A stretch of DNA of 64,000 nt from Candidatus Poribacteria bacterium. Lineage in GTDB: Bacteria > Poribacteria > WGA-4E > WGA-3G. The notes below the pieces were generated by a model. That model made no database searches. It was not told the DNA's origin and worked only from the letters and a program-made list of their open reading frames with translations. Both the position numbers and the translations under genes were made by a program. Position 1 is the first letter of the stretch; each line of letters opens with the position of its first letter. The stretch spans positions 352,001 to 416,000 of the forward strand of contig OZ240248.1 of NCBI GenBank assembly GCA_965198235.1. The letters run 5' to 3'. Shown here one piece after another: positions 11,701-20,188 of this stretch.

Positions 11701-11967
11701 GTTGATCAAATGGATAAGGTTTTCAAACAAATTCTTTCCGAACTTTCCGCTGACTTAATGCAAGATTTGAAACATCATGCACAGCGAAAGGAAACCAATT
11801 ATAAGACCACCGGCAAGGTAGTCTATGATGAATTTTTCCCACGTCATTCCAAACCTATCATAGACGAAATTGACCGTGTGCTTGCCCAACATTATGGCTT
11901 CACAGACGAGGAATTAGACTTCATCATCAACTACGACATTAAGTATCGTATGGGCTTGGGGAACTGA
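8728..11967 (+). CDS. Eco57I-like (gamma-class) N6-adenine DNA methyltransferase with TRD
   Basis: GAYYTKE, ILDPTCGSGAF (motif I), DVIIGNPPY (motif IV), YLNGGIF. Confidence 0.92.
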   Translation: MLNVRETRQYLKESDFETLFNELGWDNHAQTLPVTVDETEYQLTAIAQKRGMVIFQCSATDEGHIPERKTREKIQRQVAKSSHENFIIYANAEKTTQIWQWAGREHGKPITRREYPYDQGQPGELLIQKLRAIAFGFEEEKQLTLPDVIGRVRASFDVERVTKRFYDRFKKEHDAFLKFLTGIPDEEMQRWYASVMLNRLMFIYFIQKKSFLNNDIDYLHNKLTESKEKGSNQYYKEFLCPLFFEGFAKPEAERRSEMRRLLGKIPYLNGGIFQKHQLETLHGENIEIPDTAFEKLFRFFEQYQWHLDDRPLRNDNEINPDVLGYIFEKYINQKQMGAYYTKEDITDYISKNTIIPFLFDAARKSCKIAFEGDTAVWQLLQEDPDRYIYEAVKKGVGLDLPPEIAAGIDDVCKRTDWNKPASNDHALPTEIWREVVARRQRYETVRAKLANGEVRDINDLITYNLNIRQFSQDVIENCEGPELLRAFWKAITEVTILDPTCGSGAFLFAALNILEPLYEACLDRMQVFLDEGGVISKSRPSRRYNDFREILERIDEHPNREYFVLKSIIINNLYGVDIMDEAIEICKLRLFLKMVAQIEDVRRIEPLPDIDFNVQAGNTLVGYATYDEVKNAVSSNFDFDDTMKRIEERAEDVEYLFEQFRKQQTELGGTVTLADKQALQDKLEALEDELNGYLAGEYKVDMNKQSAYEKWLNSHKPFHWFIAFYGILEDGGFDVIIGNPPYKEYSEVKKKYTVIEYKTEKCGNLYAMSIERSFGLSRGPVGMIVQLPLVCTDRMIPAQSLFKSSNRKSWFANFDDRPGKLFDDLQHIRATIFLTTQENDLDTAILYSTKYNRWFTEVRSILFDGIVYDDITDFCTEGAFPKIADSVEKRVASKLRNAKKPILTFKTGKYFCHFHNSPQYWIRATDFIPYFWNEQDGEKISTHVKPLHLTTALDASIVAATLNSSLFYWWFVILSNCRDLTLREVRSFPIAVDQMDKVFKQILSELSADLMQDLKHHAQRKETNYKTTGKVVYDEFFPRHSKPIIDEIDRVLAQHYGFTDEELDFIINYDIKYRMGLGN

Positions 11968-11992
11968 CGGAGCCAGAGGACAGAATTTCATC

Positions 11993-12490
11993 ATGAAAAC
12001 CACTGATAATGTCTCCTGTGAATTGCGAAAAATTGAGAAGGAAATAGACAACTATTACAAATCTAATCCTTTGGTTAAGCTGCCATTTGTAACTGCCGCG
12101 TGGTCTTTGTTAACGTCTGCTGAAAATTGGGGACGAATGCAAACAAGGTCTGATAGCCGAACACAGTCACAGACAATAATAGCTGACGATCTTGTTAATG
12201 AACTTAAGTATCCTATGTACTGGTTATACAAAGTCTGCAAACCAGGCGGTCAAATCCCTTTTGTTATAAGTTAAACCCAAAAATTGTTTCTGATACGAGA
12301 ACGGTTTTGAGACCTCTATTTGATAGAATGTTTTCGTTACCTGGTGAGTGGCAATTTAGCCGTTACTCGTTGGCGGATTTTCGCAAAGTTTTTGAGACTA
12401 TTTCAGTTATGGCATATATTCGCAGCATAGCACAAACAATAGCTATAACTCGGGAATGTGTTGATATGGGCTTTGCTGACAGCATTTATA
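11993..12490 (+). pseudogene. Fragmented AT-rich hypothetical gene
   Basis: Two same-strand fragments (11993-12274, 12307 onward) ending in repeat-derived sequence (ATAGTGGATTTTGTAATTACT, CCCCCTAACCCCCTTATCAGGGG). Confidence 0.5.
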
Positions 12491-12770
12491 GTGGATTTTG
12501 TAATTACTTAATTACTTATACACCTTCGATCAGCACTCAACCCCCTAACCCCCTTATCAGGGGAATTTGGAAACCTCGTTAATGGGGCACTTACTGGTAA
12601 ATGTTCCTACGCTCATAGGCGTTACACTGTGATCGAATCGAGGAATGCCTTACGGTTCAGCAGATTATTGCCGAAGACAATGCAATCATCGCAGATGACC
12701 CGTCCGCCACATGAACCAAAAGGGAACACCCCCGATAATTGCGCTTATCGGACGAACCTTCCATTCTTAT

Positions 12771-13550
12771 TTACCTGTCCTGGACTTTGATGCTTGCCCA
12801 GGTGACGGCGAGTTTCTCTGAAGCGTCAACAGCGAGTATGCGGAGCAATCCTTGATTCATAATGTCCTTGATATCACCTTCGCTCAATGCGACACTGAAA
12901 ACCCCCGCCTCATCAATAACGCCGGGCAGATTGAAGTCGTTGATGTCACCGCCAATGGTAAGCGGGTGTTCGGTGACGGCAGGTTTGTCGGAGTGTGTCG
13001 CTGTACCTTCAAGAATTCCATCTATATATACGCTACTGACTTTTAGATCGTACGTGCCAGCAATGTGATGCCATTTTCCGTCGGCCACCGAGGTTTTTGA
13101 TTCTATCACCTGATTCTCAGCCCCGGGCCCCGTCATGTGGGCATGGTGTACACGACCGTCAGGACTTACCCAAAATCCGTAATGACCTGCATGTCCGGGA
13201 TTTCTTTTGATAATAACACCACTCCACTTTCCTGGGGGCTCTGGGGCTTTCACCCAGGCGACCAAGCTGTAGGTTTCCAGGTTCAAGTCATCATGATGTT
13301 CAACTTCAACCATGGCACTCCCGTCAAACTCAAGTGCCGTGTCAAACTTGCCTGTGACCCATTTGACCTTGTCCGGAATTTTCCCATCATGCCCATTTCC
13401 AGAAAAATCTCCGGCTATATCACCCTTACCCTCATCAAACGTCCAGATCGCCACTATAGTTTGAGGATCTATCTCAGCATAATTTGAGCCAACCCACATG
13501 CCAAGAGCGATCAGCGAAAACACACCAATCAGCAAAGATTTGACCTTCAT
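12771..13550 (-). CDS. Secreted LamG/ConA-like domain protein
   Basis: Signal peptide, WTFDEGKG, WHHIAGTYD, GVIDE; tail LAVDASEKLAVTWASIK; AGGAGG before ATG 13550. Confidence 0.9.
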   Translation of the reverse strand: MKVKSLLIGVFSLIALGMWVGSNYAEIDPQTIVAIWTFDEGKGDIAGDFSGNGHDGKIPDKVKWVTGKFDTALEFDGSAMVEVEHHDDLNLETYSLVAWVKAPEPPGKWSGVIIKRNPGHAGHYGFWVSPDGRVHHAHMTGPGAENQVIESKTSVADGKWHHIAGTYDLKVSSVYIDGILEGTATHSDKPAVTEHPLTIGGDINDFNLPGVIDEAGVFSVALSEGDIKDIMNQGLLRILAVDASEKLAVTWASIKVQDR

Positions 13551-13742
13551 CTTATATCCTCCTACTGAGGTGTCATCAGACACCGCATCGATCATTGAAG
13601 GGTTTTGTCTAACTAATAATGCGGGCGGTAAACCCACTTAACCGCGCTGCACCACAATCAACTATAAATGATAACATATAGTAGCAATACCTTCGCCAAA
13701 AAAGTTGAATATAGTAGATTCTGTAATTACTTATACATTTTT

Positions 13743-13900
13743 GTGATAGACCCAAGCCTAAAGACTTGGGCTTCTGCAAATATTAAGCAGAAGCATTTGT
13801 GGAATTGAGAAGCGGACTACACGCTTCAACGGAGCAGCCGACAATCCTGTTGAACAAAACAATCGGTCTTACGACTCCTAACCCAAAGGAAGCTACCCCT
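13743..13900 (-). ncRNA. TnpB omega-RNA (reRNA) scaffold; boundaries approximate
   Basis: Overlaps the tnpB 3' end; GGAG..GTAAGAC..TGAAGC..AAGCCC core shared with the other two elements. Confidence 0.65.
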
Positions 13901-14994
13901 TCCTTAAGAATGTTCAGAGCAGCGTTCTCGTCGCGGTCGAGGTGTGTTCCACAACTTGGACACGTCCATTCCCTGTCTGAGAGCGTGAGGCTTTGATTTT
14001 TATGTCCACACACATAACAGCACTTTGTGGTCGGCGACCACCGATTGATTTTCAGCACAGACCGTATCCGCTTTTTGCTTTGGTGTTTGAGTTTCTGCAG
14101 AAACTCACCGAAGGCGAGGTCAGACACCTGTTTACCCCAAAGTTTTTTCATACCCTGAAGGTTCAAATCTTCAAAGAACAGGATGTCAAACTGACGACAG
14201 AGTTTTATCGCAAGTTTCCAGTGGTGGTCTATCCTTTGATTCGCCGTTTTCTTATGGATACGGACAACGTTCTTACGTTCTCGTTCCTGATTGTTAGAAC
14301 CTTTGACTTTATGAGAATATACCTTTTGTGCAGTTGCCAACTTTTCAGCGTTGAGTTTGTAGAACATTGGCGATATTTCTCGGTGTCCGCTACTGGTAGT
14401 CAGGAAGTCTTTGATTCCAAAGTCGAACCCTTCAGCTTGACCCGTCTTGGGTTCATATCTGACTTCACTATAATCTTCAGTGAGCGTGATATACATATCT
14501 CCAAGTGCGTCTCTTGTAACCTGAACGCGTTTGATTTTTCCCTGTATCGGGCGGTGCAGCGCGAACCGATACCAACGTCCGTTGAGTCGGATTTTATACG
14601 TCGGGTGATTTCGCTTATGTTTGTGTTTATCGGAAACTTTTTCTATCGCAATCTGTTCGCCAGAGAACGTCATGCCTCTATGTTTCTGACACTTCTTGAA
14701 CTTCGGGTGACCTTTGCCAAGGGTTTTCATTTCTTTGAAACTCTGTGCCAAGCGTTTGAGTATGTTTTGAAGACTCCACGAGTATGGGATATTCCAATGT
14801 TGGTATTTCTCAAGCTTTTTCAGCCGCGTCAAATGTTTCGACATCTTGGAATACGACAAGTCCTTACCATACCGACGGTAATATCGCCGAGACAACGCAT
14901 TGAAATGATTCCGAACAACGCCACAGATATTCAGGTCATCCTGGAGATGCTTCAAAGAGGTATCACGAAAAAGTTTATGTGTGGTGTTTCGCAT
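13783..14994 (-). CDS. tnpB: RNA-guided endonuclease TnpB
   Basis: RuvC triad GFDFG / FFEDL / DRDENAA intact; CYVC...CPSC zinc finger. Confidence 0.95.
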   Translation of the reverse strand: MRNTTHKLFRDTSLKHLQDDLNICGVVRNHFNALSRRYYRRYGKDLSYSKMSKHLTRLKKLEKYQHWNIPYSWSLQNILKRLAQSFKEMKTLGKGHPKFKKCQKHRGMTFSGEQIAIEKVSDKHKHKRNHPTYKIRLNGRWYRFALHRPIQGKIKRVQVTRDALGDMYITLTEDYSEVRYEPKTGQAEGFDFGIKDFLTTSSGHREISPMFYKLNAEKLATAQKVYSHKVKGSNNQERERKNVVRIHKKTANQRIDHHWKLAIKLCRQFDILFFEDLNLQGMKKLWGKQVSDLAFGEFLQKLKHQSKKRIRSVLKINRWSPTTKCCYVCGHKNQSLTLSDREWTCPSCGTHLDRDENAALNILKEGVASFGLGVVRPIVLFNRIVGCSVEACSPLLNSTNASA

Positions 14995-14998
14995 GGTC

Positions 14999-15087
14999 TA
15001 TCAAGTCTCAAGTCTTTAACCCCTATGTAGTGGGTAGGCAGACACGTCACCAAGAGGTGACGCTACATATGTCTGCCAACTTGATAC
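14999..15087 (-). ncRNA. Structured, pseudoknotted 5' leader RNA of tnpB
   Basis: Helices covary with the copy at 20107-20188. Confidence 0.7.
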
Positions 15088-15092
15088 TCTTA

Positions 15093-15121
15093 ATTATACC
15101 ACATTTTTAGACCAAAGTCAA
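15093..15121 (-). promoter_or_regulatory. Sigma70-type promoter for tnpB
   Basis: TTGACT-N17-TATAAT on the minus strand. Confidence 0.75.
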
Positions 15122-15430
15122 GGAAAAATGAACGCTTGGGTCCTTTCCAAAAAGGCGGTGTCTACATCCCAAACCTGAAGGATTGGGTTTTGACACCGAA
15201 GTTAGATAAGATTTCAGAGCAAACTTCTGAGAAACCTTCTGCAAAAACCGCCTAAAATCCAGTCACCGTATGGGTTTACGGCTTTTTCAGAAATCCATCA
15301 CTTTTCAGATTTACTCTGAATACTCTGAAACGCGTGCTATTTCCTTTCCAGAATTTTTGTGTAATGCGGTTGCACGCATTCCCAACTTCTGTTAAAATAG
15401 TAGGTAAGCGAAAGGAGTTCTAAACATTCT

Positions 15431-15634
15431 ATGAAAACTGCACAGGCCACAAACACAGCCAACGAAAAACCGAGGCAACGCCTTACTTTTCCTACCTATA
15501 ATGAAGAGGACATCCTTAACTGGGATGCTGCTATAGTCACCCCACCGCCGCGTCAATCCGGCACAATACGGGTTAAGTTGAAATATAAGGGACGCAGTAA
15601 ACCAATTTCCGTTGAAAACTTTTGGGAGGAGTAG
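15431..15634 (+). CDS. Small hypothetical protein
   Basis: 67-aa ORF after AAGGAG; ends just before the next gene. Confidence 0.55.
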   Translation: MKTAQATNTANEKPRQRLTFPTYNEEDILNWDAAIVTPPPRQSGTIRVKLKYKGRSKPISVENFWEE

Positions 15635-15665
15635 GTAAATGATTAATACAGTGAAGGAGACTGCA

Positions 15666-16160
15666 ATGAAATTAATCATGACTTTGGTTGTAATGCTTCT
15701 GTTATTTACCGCGCCTGCGTTCAGCGAACTCACCTCAGCAGACATTAATAAGATCCGATTAATTGTCAAGGAAGAAATTGAGGCATCCGAGACACGCATG
15801 AAAGAATACGCTGACGCATCCGAGACGCGAATGCAGAAACATTTTGAGGCATCCGAGACACGAATGCAGAAATACCTTGAGGCATCCGAGACACGCATGA
15901 AAGACCATGTCTCTGAACAAATTAAAGCGGTCAACATCACAATCACAGAAATGGACAAACGTCTGAACCAGATTTTTACGTTGGTTATTGCTTTGGTAGC
16001 TTTCATTGCCGTGGTCATCGGAATACCTCAGATCCTCGTTGCACTACAACGAAGAGATGTCCGCTCACAAAACGAAAAAATTGAGGCACAGCAACAACAG
16101 ATCGAAGCATTGGAAAGAGAAATGGAAGCGTATAGGCAAGACCGCATGGTCGGACCTTAA
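15666..16160 (+). CDS. Exported membrane-anchored coiled-coil protein with 11-aa repeats
   Basis: Signal peptide, four ASETRM-containing repeats, TM helix, C-terminal coiled coil; AAGGAG before ATG 15666. Confidence 0.75.
   Translation: MKLIMTLVVMLLLFTAPAFSELTSADINKIRLIVKEEIEASETRMKEYADASETRMQKHFEASETRMQKYLEASETRMKDHVSEQIKAVNITITEMDKRLNQIFTLVIALVAFIAVVIGIPQILVALQRRDVRSQNEKIEAQQQQIEALEREMEAYRQDRMVGP
15780..15911 (+). repeat. Coding tandem repeat, 4 x 33 bp
   Basis: GA(G/C)GCATCCGAGAC(A/G)CG(C/A)ATG every 33 nt. Confidence 0.9.
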
Positions 16161-16166
16161 AAAGTT

Positions 16167-16691
16167 ATGGAAATCGCCGATCTCAAACAACGCATTGCAC
16201 AAGGTGAAAACACCACGACCGAATTCAAAGAGAGCTTTGATCAGGAGGCTATTGAGACCGCTGAACCGACTCACAACCCTGTAAACCCCACTTTGAGTCA
16301 ATTGATGTTTGATGTCGGTTTCATTGAACGGTACGGTGCCGGCATCAGGATGATGAAAAGGCTATCTGAGGAATGGGGAAACAAAGAACCGCGTTATGTG
16401 TTTCACCCGCTTGAAACCAAAATCATCTTTGATTCACCGATTCAAGAGACAACTTTCATAGAGATCGATGATATTTCAGAACAGTTGAACGAGCGTCAAA
16501 AGAATGCCTTGTTTCACGTCCAAAAGAACGGGCAAATTGCGACAAGAGAATACGCGGAGATCAACCATATTTCGCCCAGGACTGCCTATACCGAGCTCAA
16601 GGATTTAACAGACAAAGGGCTATTGACTGCAGTAGGAAAGGGAAGAGGAATTAGGTACGTCCGAAAAGTGGACGATCAGGTAACCGATTAA
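16167..16691 (+). pseudogene. Internally deleted AlbA_2 (Schlafen-like)-HATPase-wHTH gene
   Basis: AlbA_2 start (IAQGENTTTEFKES) joined directly to NPTLSQLMFDVGFIERYGAGI and a C-terminal wHTH. Confidence 0.7.
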
Positions 16692-16743
16692 TTGCGTGAT
16701 TAATTGCGTGATTAACTACGCGAACATAAGAAGTAGGACCCAC

Positions 16744-18054
16744 ATGTCGGAGCAAACGATCACAGGCATTACCAAGATAGCAGTAAAGGGTTTCAAGTCG
16801 ATAGCGGAGGAGTGCGCGATTGACATCCGTCCGTTGACAATCCTTGCCGGCGCGAACAGTTCCGGGAAATCCAGCATCATGCAACCGCTCTTGATGCTAA
16901 AGCAGACGCTGGAGGCACCCTATGATCCAGGACCCCTAAAAATTGACGGACCGAACGTTCAATTTACTGAGGCAGCACAATTTTTATCGATGTTACCCCG
17001 TGAAAAGAGAACAGATCGTTTTCAGGTTACGGTTGCAAGTACGCACATTGAAAGCAGGGGTACTGAACGCTCCATTTCAGTAGAGACAACTTTCAGAGAG
17101 GGAAAGGGCGGAATTGAAATTGTTAAAATGACAATTAAGGCAAAGTCTAAACCTGACGAACCACTGCGTACCATGCATTTCACCTTGACCCCTGAGATGT
17201 CCGTTGAAGAAATTAAGTCCTTGAGTAACCAGGGTTTGATACTCAAGGGTCACGATTCTGTCAAGCGTTCACGCTGTTTTTTACGTTTGGAGTCTCAACA
17301 TAGTCGTGTGCTCTTTAACACTACCGCTTACCTTGAGTCCTGTATTTTCAACAGCATTCACCTACCTGGATTACGCGGTAGCCCAGAACGCACCTATAAA
17401 TTCACCAGCACCGGTCCCCGGTATTCCGGCACGTTTGAAAATTATGCTGCGAGCGTCATTCACGAGTGGCAGGAGATGAAAGACAAACGCCTGAAAATGG
17501 TAGTTGATGCACTCTATACGCTTGGATTGACGGGAAAAGTGGGCACCCAAAAAGTCGGTGATATCGGTATTGAACTTCAAGTCGGTCGTCTCCGCCATGA
17601 TCGAAACAATGAAACAGATATGGTCAACATCACCGATGTGGGATTCGGGGTGTCCCAAGTCCTACCTGTTTTAGTCGCCGTGATTGTCGCGGAACCCGGG
17701 CAGTTAGTCTATCTCGAACAACCCGAACTGCACCTCCATCCCCGCGCACAGGTCGCCTTAGCGCATGTGCTGGCAGATGCGGCGAAACGGGGGGTGCGCG
17801 TTGTCGCTGAGACGCATAGTTCACTGTTGCTTTTGGGGGTTCAAACGCTTATTGCCGAAGGAGATCTCTCGCCAGAGTTAGTCAAACTGCACTGGTTCAC
17901 ACGGCGCGAAGATGGCGTAACCGAAGTTAACAGTGCCGATGTGGATGAGGCGGGGGCTTACGGCGAGTGGCCCGAAGATTTTGCAGATGTCAGTCTCCGC
18001 GCTCAAAGTGGTTACATAAAGGCAGCACGGTCGCGTTTCGTTGAAGGGACATAG
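16744..18054 (+). CDS. ABC-type ATPase (AAA_15/AAA_21, DUF3696-like tail)
   Basis: GANSSGKS, VGFGVSQVLP, LEQPELHLHP, ETHS, WPEDFAD. Confidence 0.88.
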   Translation: MSEQTITGITKIAVKGFKSIAEECAIDIRPLTILAGANSSGKSSIMQPLLMLKQTLEAPYDPGPLKIDGPNVQFTEAAQFLSMLPREKRTDRFQVTVASTHIESRGTERSISVETTFREGKGGIEIVKMTIKAKSKPDEPLRTMHFTLTPEMSVEEIKSLSNQGLILKGHDSVKRSRCFLRLESQHSRVLFNTTAYLESCIFNSIHLPGLRGSPERTYKFTSTGPRYSGTFENYAASVIHEWQEMKDKRLKMVVDALYTLGLTGKVGTQKVGDIGIELQVGRLRHDRNNETDMVNITDVGFGVSQVLPVLVAVIVAEPGQLVYLEQPELHLHPRAQVALAHVLADAAKRGVRVVAETHSSLLLLGVQTLIAEGDLSPELVKLHWFTRREDGVTEVNSADVDEAGAYGEWPEDFADVSLRAQSGYIKAARSRFVEGT

Positions 18055-18055
18055 T

Positions 18056-18589
18056 ATGCACTCAAGGGGTTTAAAACGACTCGTTGTGAACGCCTCGGTC
18101 GCTCGTGCTGCTGGTGGTGCAGGGGCAACTGAGCTGGTATCAATCAGTTGCACCGAATTCCTTGAGACCTTTCGAGACGAATCCTCACACCACGTCGTGA
18201 TGACATTTGAATTATCCGAAGAGTGGGATGAGCATCAATCGAATTTTGCAGCCGAATGGTTAGGAAATATGATTGCCACAAGGAGATTCCACTATATCAA
18301 GCTTCCTCAAAATAGAGTGTTGTATGACGAAATTGAAGCAACAGCGGTTCGGGAAGCAGACATCAACGCGATGCTAAAGGATTTTCACCTCCTCGGAGCA
18401 GCACTTGCAACTGATCAAACCATTGTTTCGCTTGATGAAACCATCCGCGGGCTTTTCGCACGCGCCTCACAACAGGTCAATGAAATCAGGCACATCATTT
18501 GGGTGAATCCAGATCGGATGGCAGAACATCCCATCACGTGGCTCCAAAACGGCGCACCCCCTGAAGTACATCGTAGGCTTTCTGCCTGA
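18056..18589 (+). CDS. PIN-like domain protein
   Basis: LVVNASV...EEW...KDFHLLGAAL...IVSLD pattern; starts 1 nt after the ATPase stop. Confidence 0.65.
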   Translation: MHSRGLKRLVVNASVARAAGGAGATELVSISCTEFLETFRDESSHHVVMTFELSEEWDEHQSNFAAEWLGNMIATRRFHYIKLPQNRVLYDEIEATAVREADINAMLKDFHLLGAALATDQTIVSLDETIRGLFARASQQVNEIRHIIWVNPDRMAEHPITWLQNGAPPEVHRRLSA

Positions 18590-18657
18590 TTCTACATTCA
18601 TTGTTGGAATCGTGAGCACAGCTCGCTCCTACAGGGCGCGTAGGAATTGATGTCCCC

Positions 18658-19530
18658 TTACCCTTGCCAATTCAGATCGATGCTGGCGTACCCACGCGTA
18701 TACTGCTGAAAATGTGGTGGCAAGTCCGCCAAGAACTGCTTGCCCTCGTCTGGAATCTCCCACGGAATATTGATGTGGTGATCCCGACTCCGAAAACCGA
18801 CACCGCACGACAACCGAATTTCATCAATCTGGTTCGGGAACGCGCCGTGATACGTCCGATGCGCAAACACAATCATGTCACCCGGATTTGTGAAAAGTGG
18901 CACCAAGCCCGGAATATCGAAACCCACATAAGCCTTCTCTTCTTCACCGATCTTATAAAAGGAGCGTCTGTCCGCTGTCAGGTTGAAGCCTTCGGGGCCC
19001 TCCCAATTCTCCACGTGGGAACCCTCAATTACGCACAGCCCACCGTGTTCCGGACGAGAACCCGTCAAGTAGAACCATTTGCCCGAGGGCCACAACCCGC
19101 GGTTCAGTACATCACCCGAATTTTTCGGTGCACCTGTCGAGAATCCGCACCAGTCGGTGTGCCATGCAACGGGTTGAGATCCGGGCATCCGAATGATAGC
19201 GGCAGATCGGTGAAGCGTCAATTTCTTTGTACCAATCAGGTGGCGGTGGATTTTCATAAAGGGTTCGTATCCCATCAGCTGCCACGCTCCGGGTCCCGAC
19301 TCAATCCAAACGTGTCGGGTGTGACTCTGCCCATGCTCTAATTCTCTTTTCGGATCTGTGCCATCGAAGACCGCCTGCTTTAAACTGTCAACTAAGTCAG
19401 GAGGTAGGACATCCTTGATAATCGCAAAACCGTGTGCCTCAAGGCATTCGGACACGAGGGAAAGTTGATCGGTTTCAAACTCGTAAGTGTAGCCGAGTTC
19501 AGGTTTTTGAATCTCTAAATATTCTTTCAT
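18658..19530 (-). CDS. Phytanoyl-CoA dioxygenase (PhyH) family protein
   Basis: WHTD, GSH, PGDMIVF..RTYHG. Confidence 0.88.
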   Translation of the reverse strand: MKEYLEIQKPELGYTYEFETDQLSLVSECLEAHGFAIIKDVLPPDLVDSLKQAVFDGTDPKRELEHGQSHTRHVWIESGPGAWQLMGYEPFMKIHRHLIGTKKLTLHRSAAIIRMPGSQPVAWHTDWCGFSTGAPKNSGDVLNRGLWPSGKWFYLTGSRPEHGGLCVIEGSHVENWEGPEGFNLTADRRSFYKIGEEEKAYVGFDIPGLVPLFTNPGDMIVFAHRTYHGAFPNQIDEIRLSCGVGFRSRDHHINIPWEIPDEGKQFLADLPPHFQQYTRGYASIDLNWQG

Positions 19531-19714
19531 AAGTGAACTCCTATGTTTTCCTCCGTGTAAAACAAGTCTGGTTGCCTATGTTGTGATAGCACCCAACGCC
19601 TAAAGGCGTGGGCTTCGGTTTCATAGCGACTGCGGTTTTCTCAGAGAGTCCACCGTCTTACTGTCGCTCCACCAGAGAGCTCTTATCCTGTATCAGAACA
19701 GGTTTATGGTCTCC

Positions 19715-20093
19715 TTAGACCGCTACCCCAGCTCGCAAAATGTTTATCGCAGCATTTATATCTCTATCGTGAGACGTGCTACAACTTGGACAAGTCCAAT
19801 ACCTGTCCCTAAGTGTGAGGGTTTCGTTCTTATATTCGCAGACGTGGCAGACTTTCGTTGTCGCCTGCCACCGTCTCGCCTTGGCGAGTGTTTTTCCGTA
19901 TTTAGCAGATACCCATTGAAGTATCCTGACGAACTCACTGAAAGCAAGGTCGGAGATTTTTCGACCCCACAGGCGTTTCATACCCTCAAGATTCAGGGTT
20001 TCTATGGACTTGCACACCGTGCAAATCGTCTATTAGGTTGCCAATCTGTATTAGATTCGACTGGTGATATAACTCATATTTTTCCGTTTTCAT
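19715..20093 (-). pseudogene. tnpB: tnpB remnant (N-terminal stub joined out of frame to the C-terminal RuvC/Zn finger part)
   Basis: MKTEKYELYHQ... then ETLNLEGMKRLWGRKISDLAF...CHVC...CPSC...DRDINAA. Confidence 0.85.
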
Positions 20094-20106
20094 GGGAGAC
20101 CTTCAC

Positions 20107-20188
20107 GTATCACGCTTTTATCCCCTGTCAAGTGGGAGGCAAGCACATAGCCTTGCGACTATGCTTGACATGCTTGCCTACGTGATAC
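20107..20188 (-). ncRNA. Second copy of the structured tnpB leader RNA
   Basis: Same helix architecture as 14999-15087, with a GCAA tetraloop. Confidence 0.7.

Larger units (their letters stand above)
13743..15205 (-). mobile_element. IS200/IS605-family tnpB-only element (IS1341-like)
   Basis: Subterminal hairpins CCCAAGCCTAAAGACTTGGG and CCCAAACCTGAAGGATTGGG; right end TCAC on the minus strand; left end follows TTAT. Confidence 0.85.

Noticed and set aside
13993-15030. 345-aa plus-strand ORF
   Set aside because: Antisense shadow of tnpB with no recognisable motifs
14999-15087. HDV-like ribozyme reading of the tnpB leader
   Set aside because: Nested topology is similar, but the 3-bp P3 with its conserved loop, the P1.1 GG and P4 are absent
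15780-15911. Possible CRISPR array
   Set aside because: In-frame 33-bp coding repeat with no unique spacers and no cas genes
18664-19341. 225-aa plus-strand ORF
   Set aside because: Antisense shadow of a clear PhyH gene
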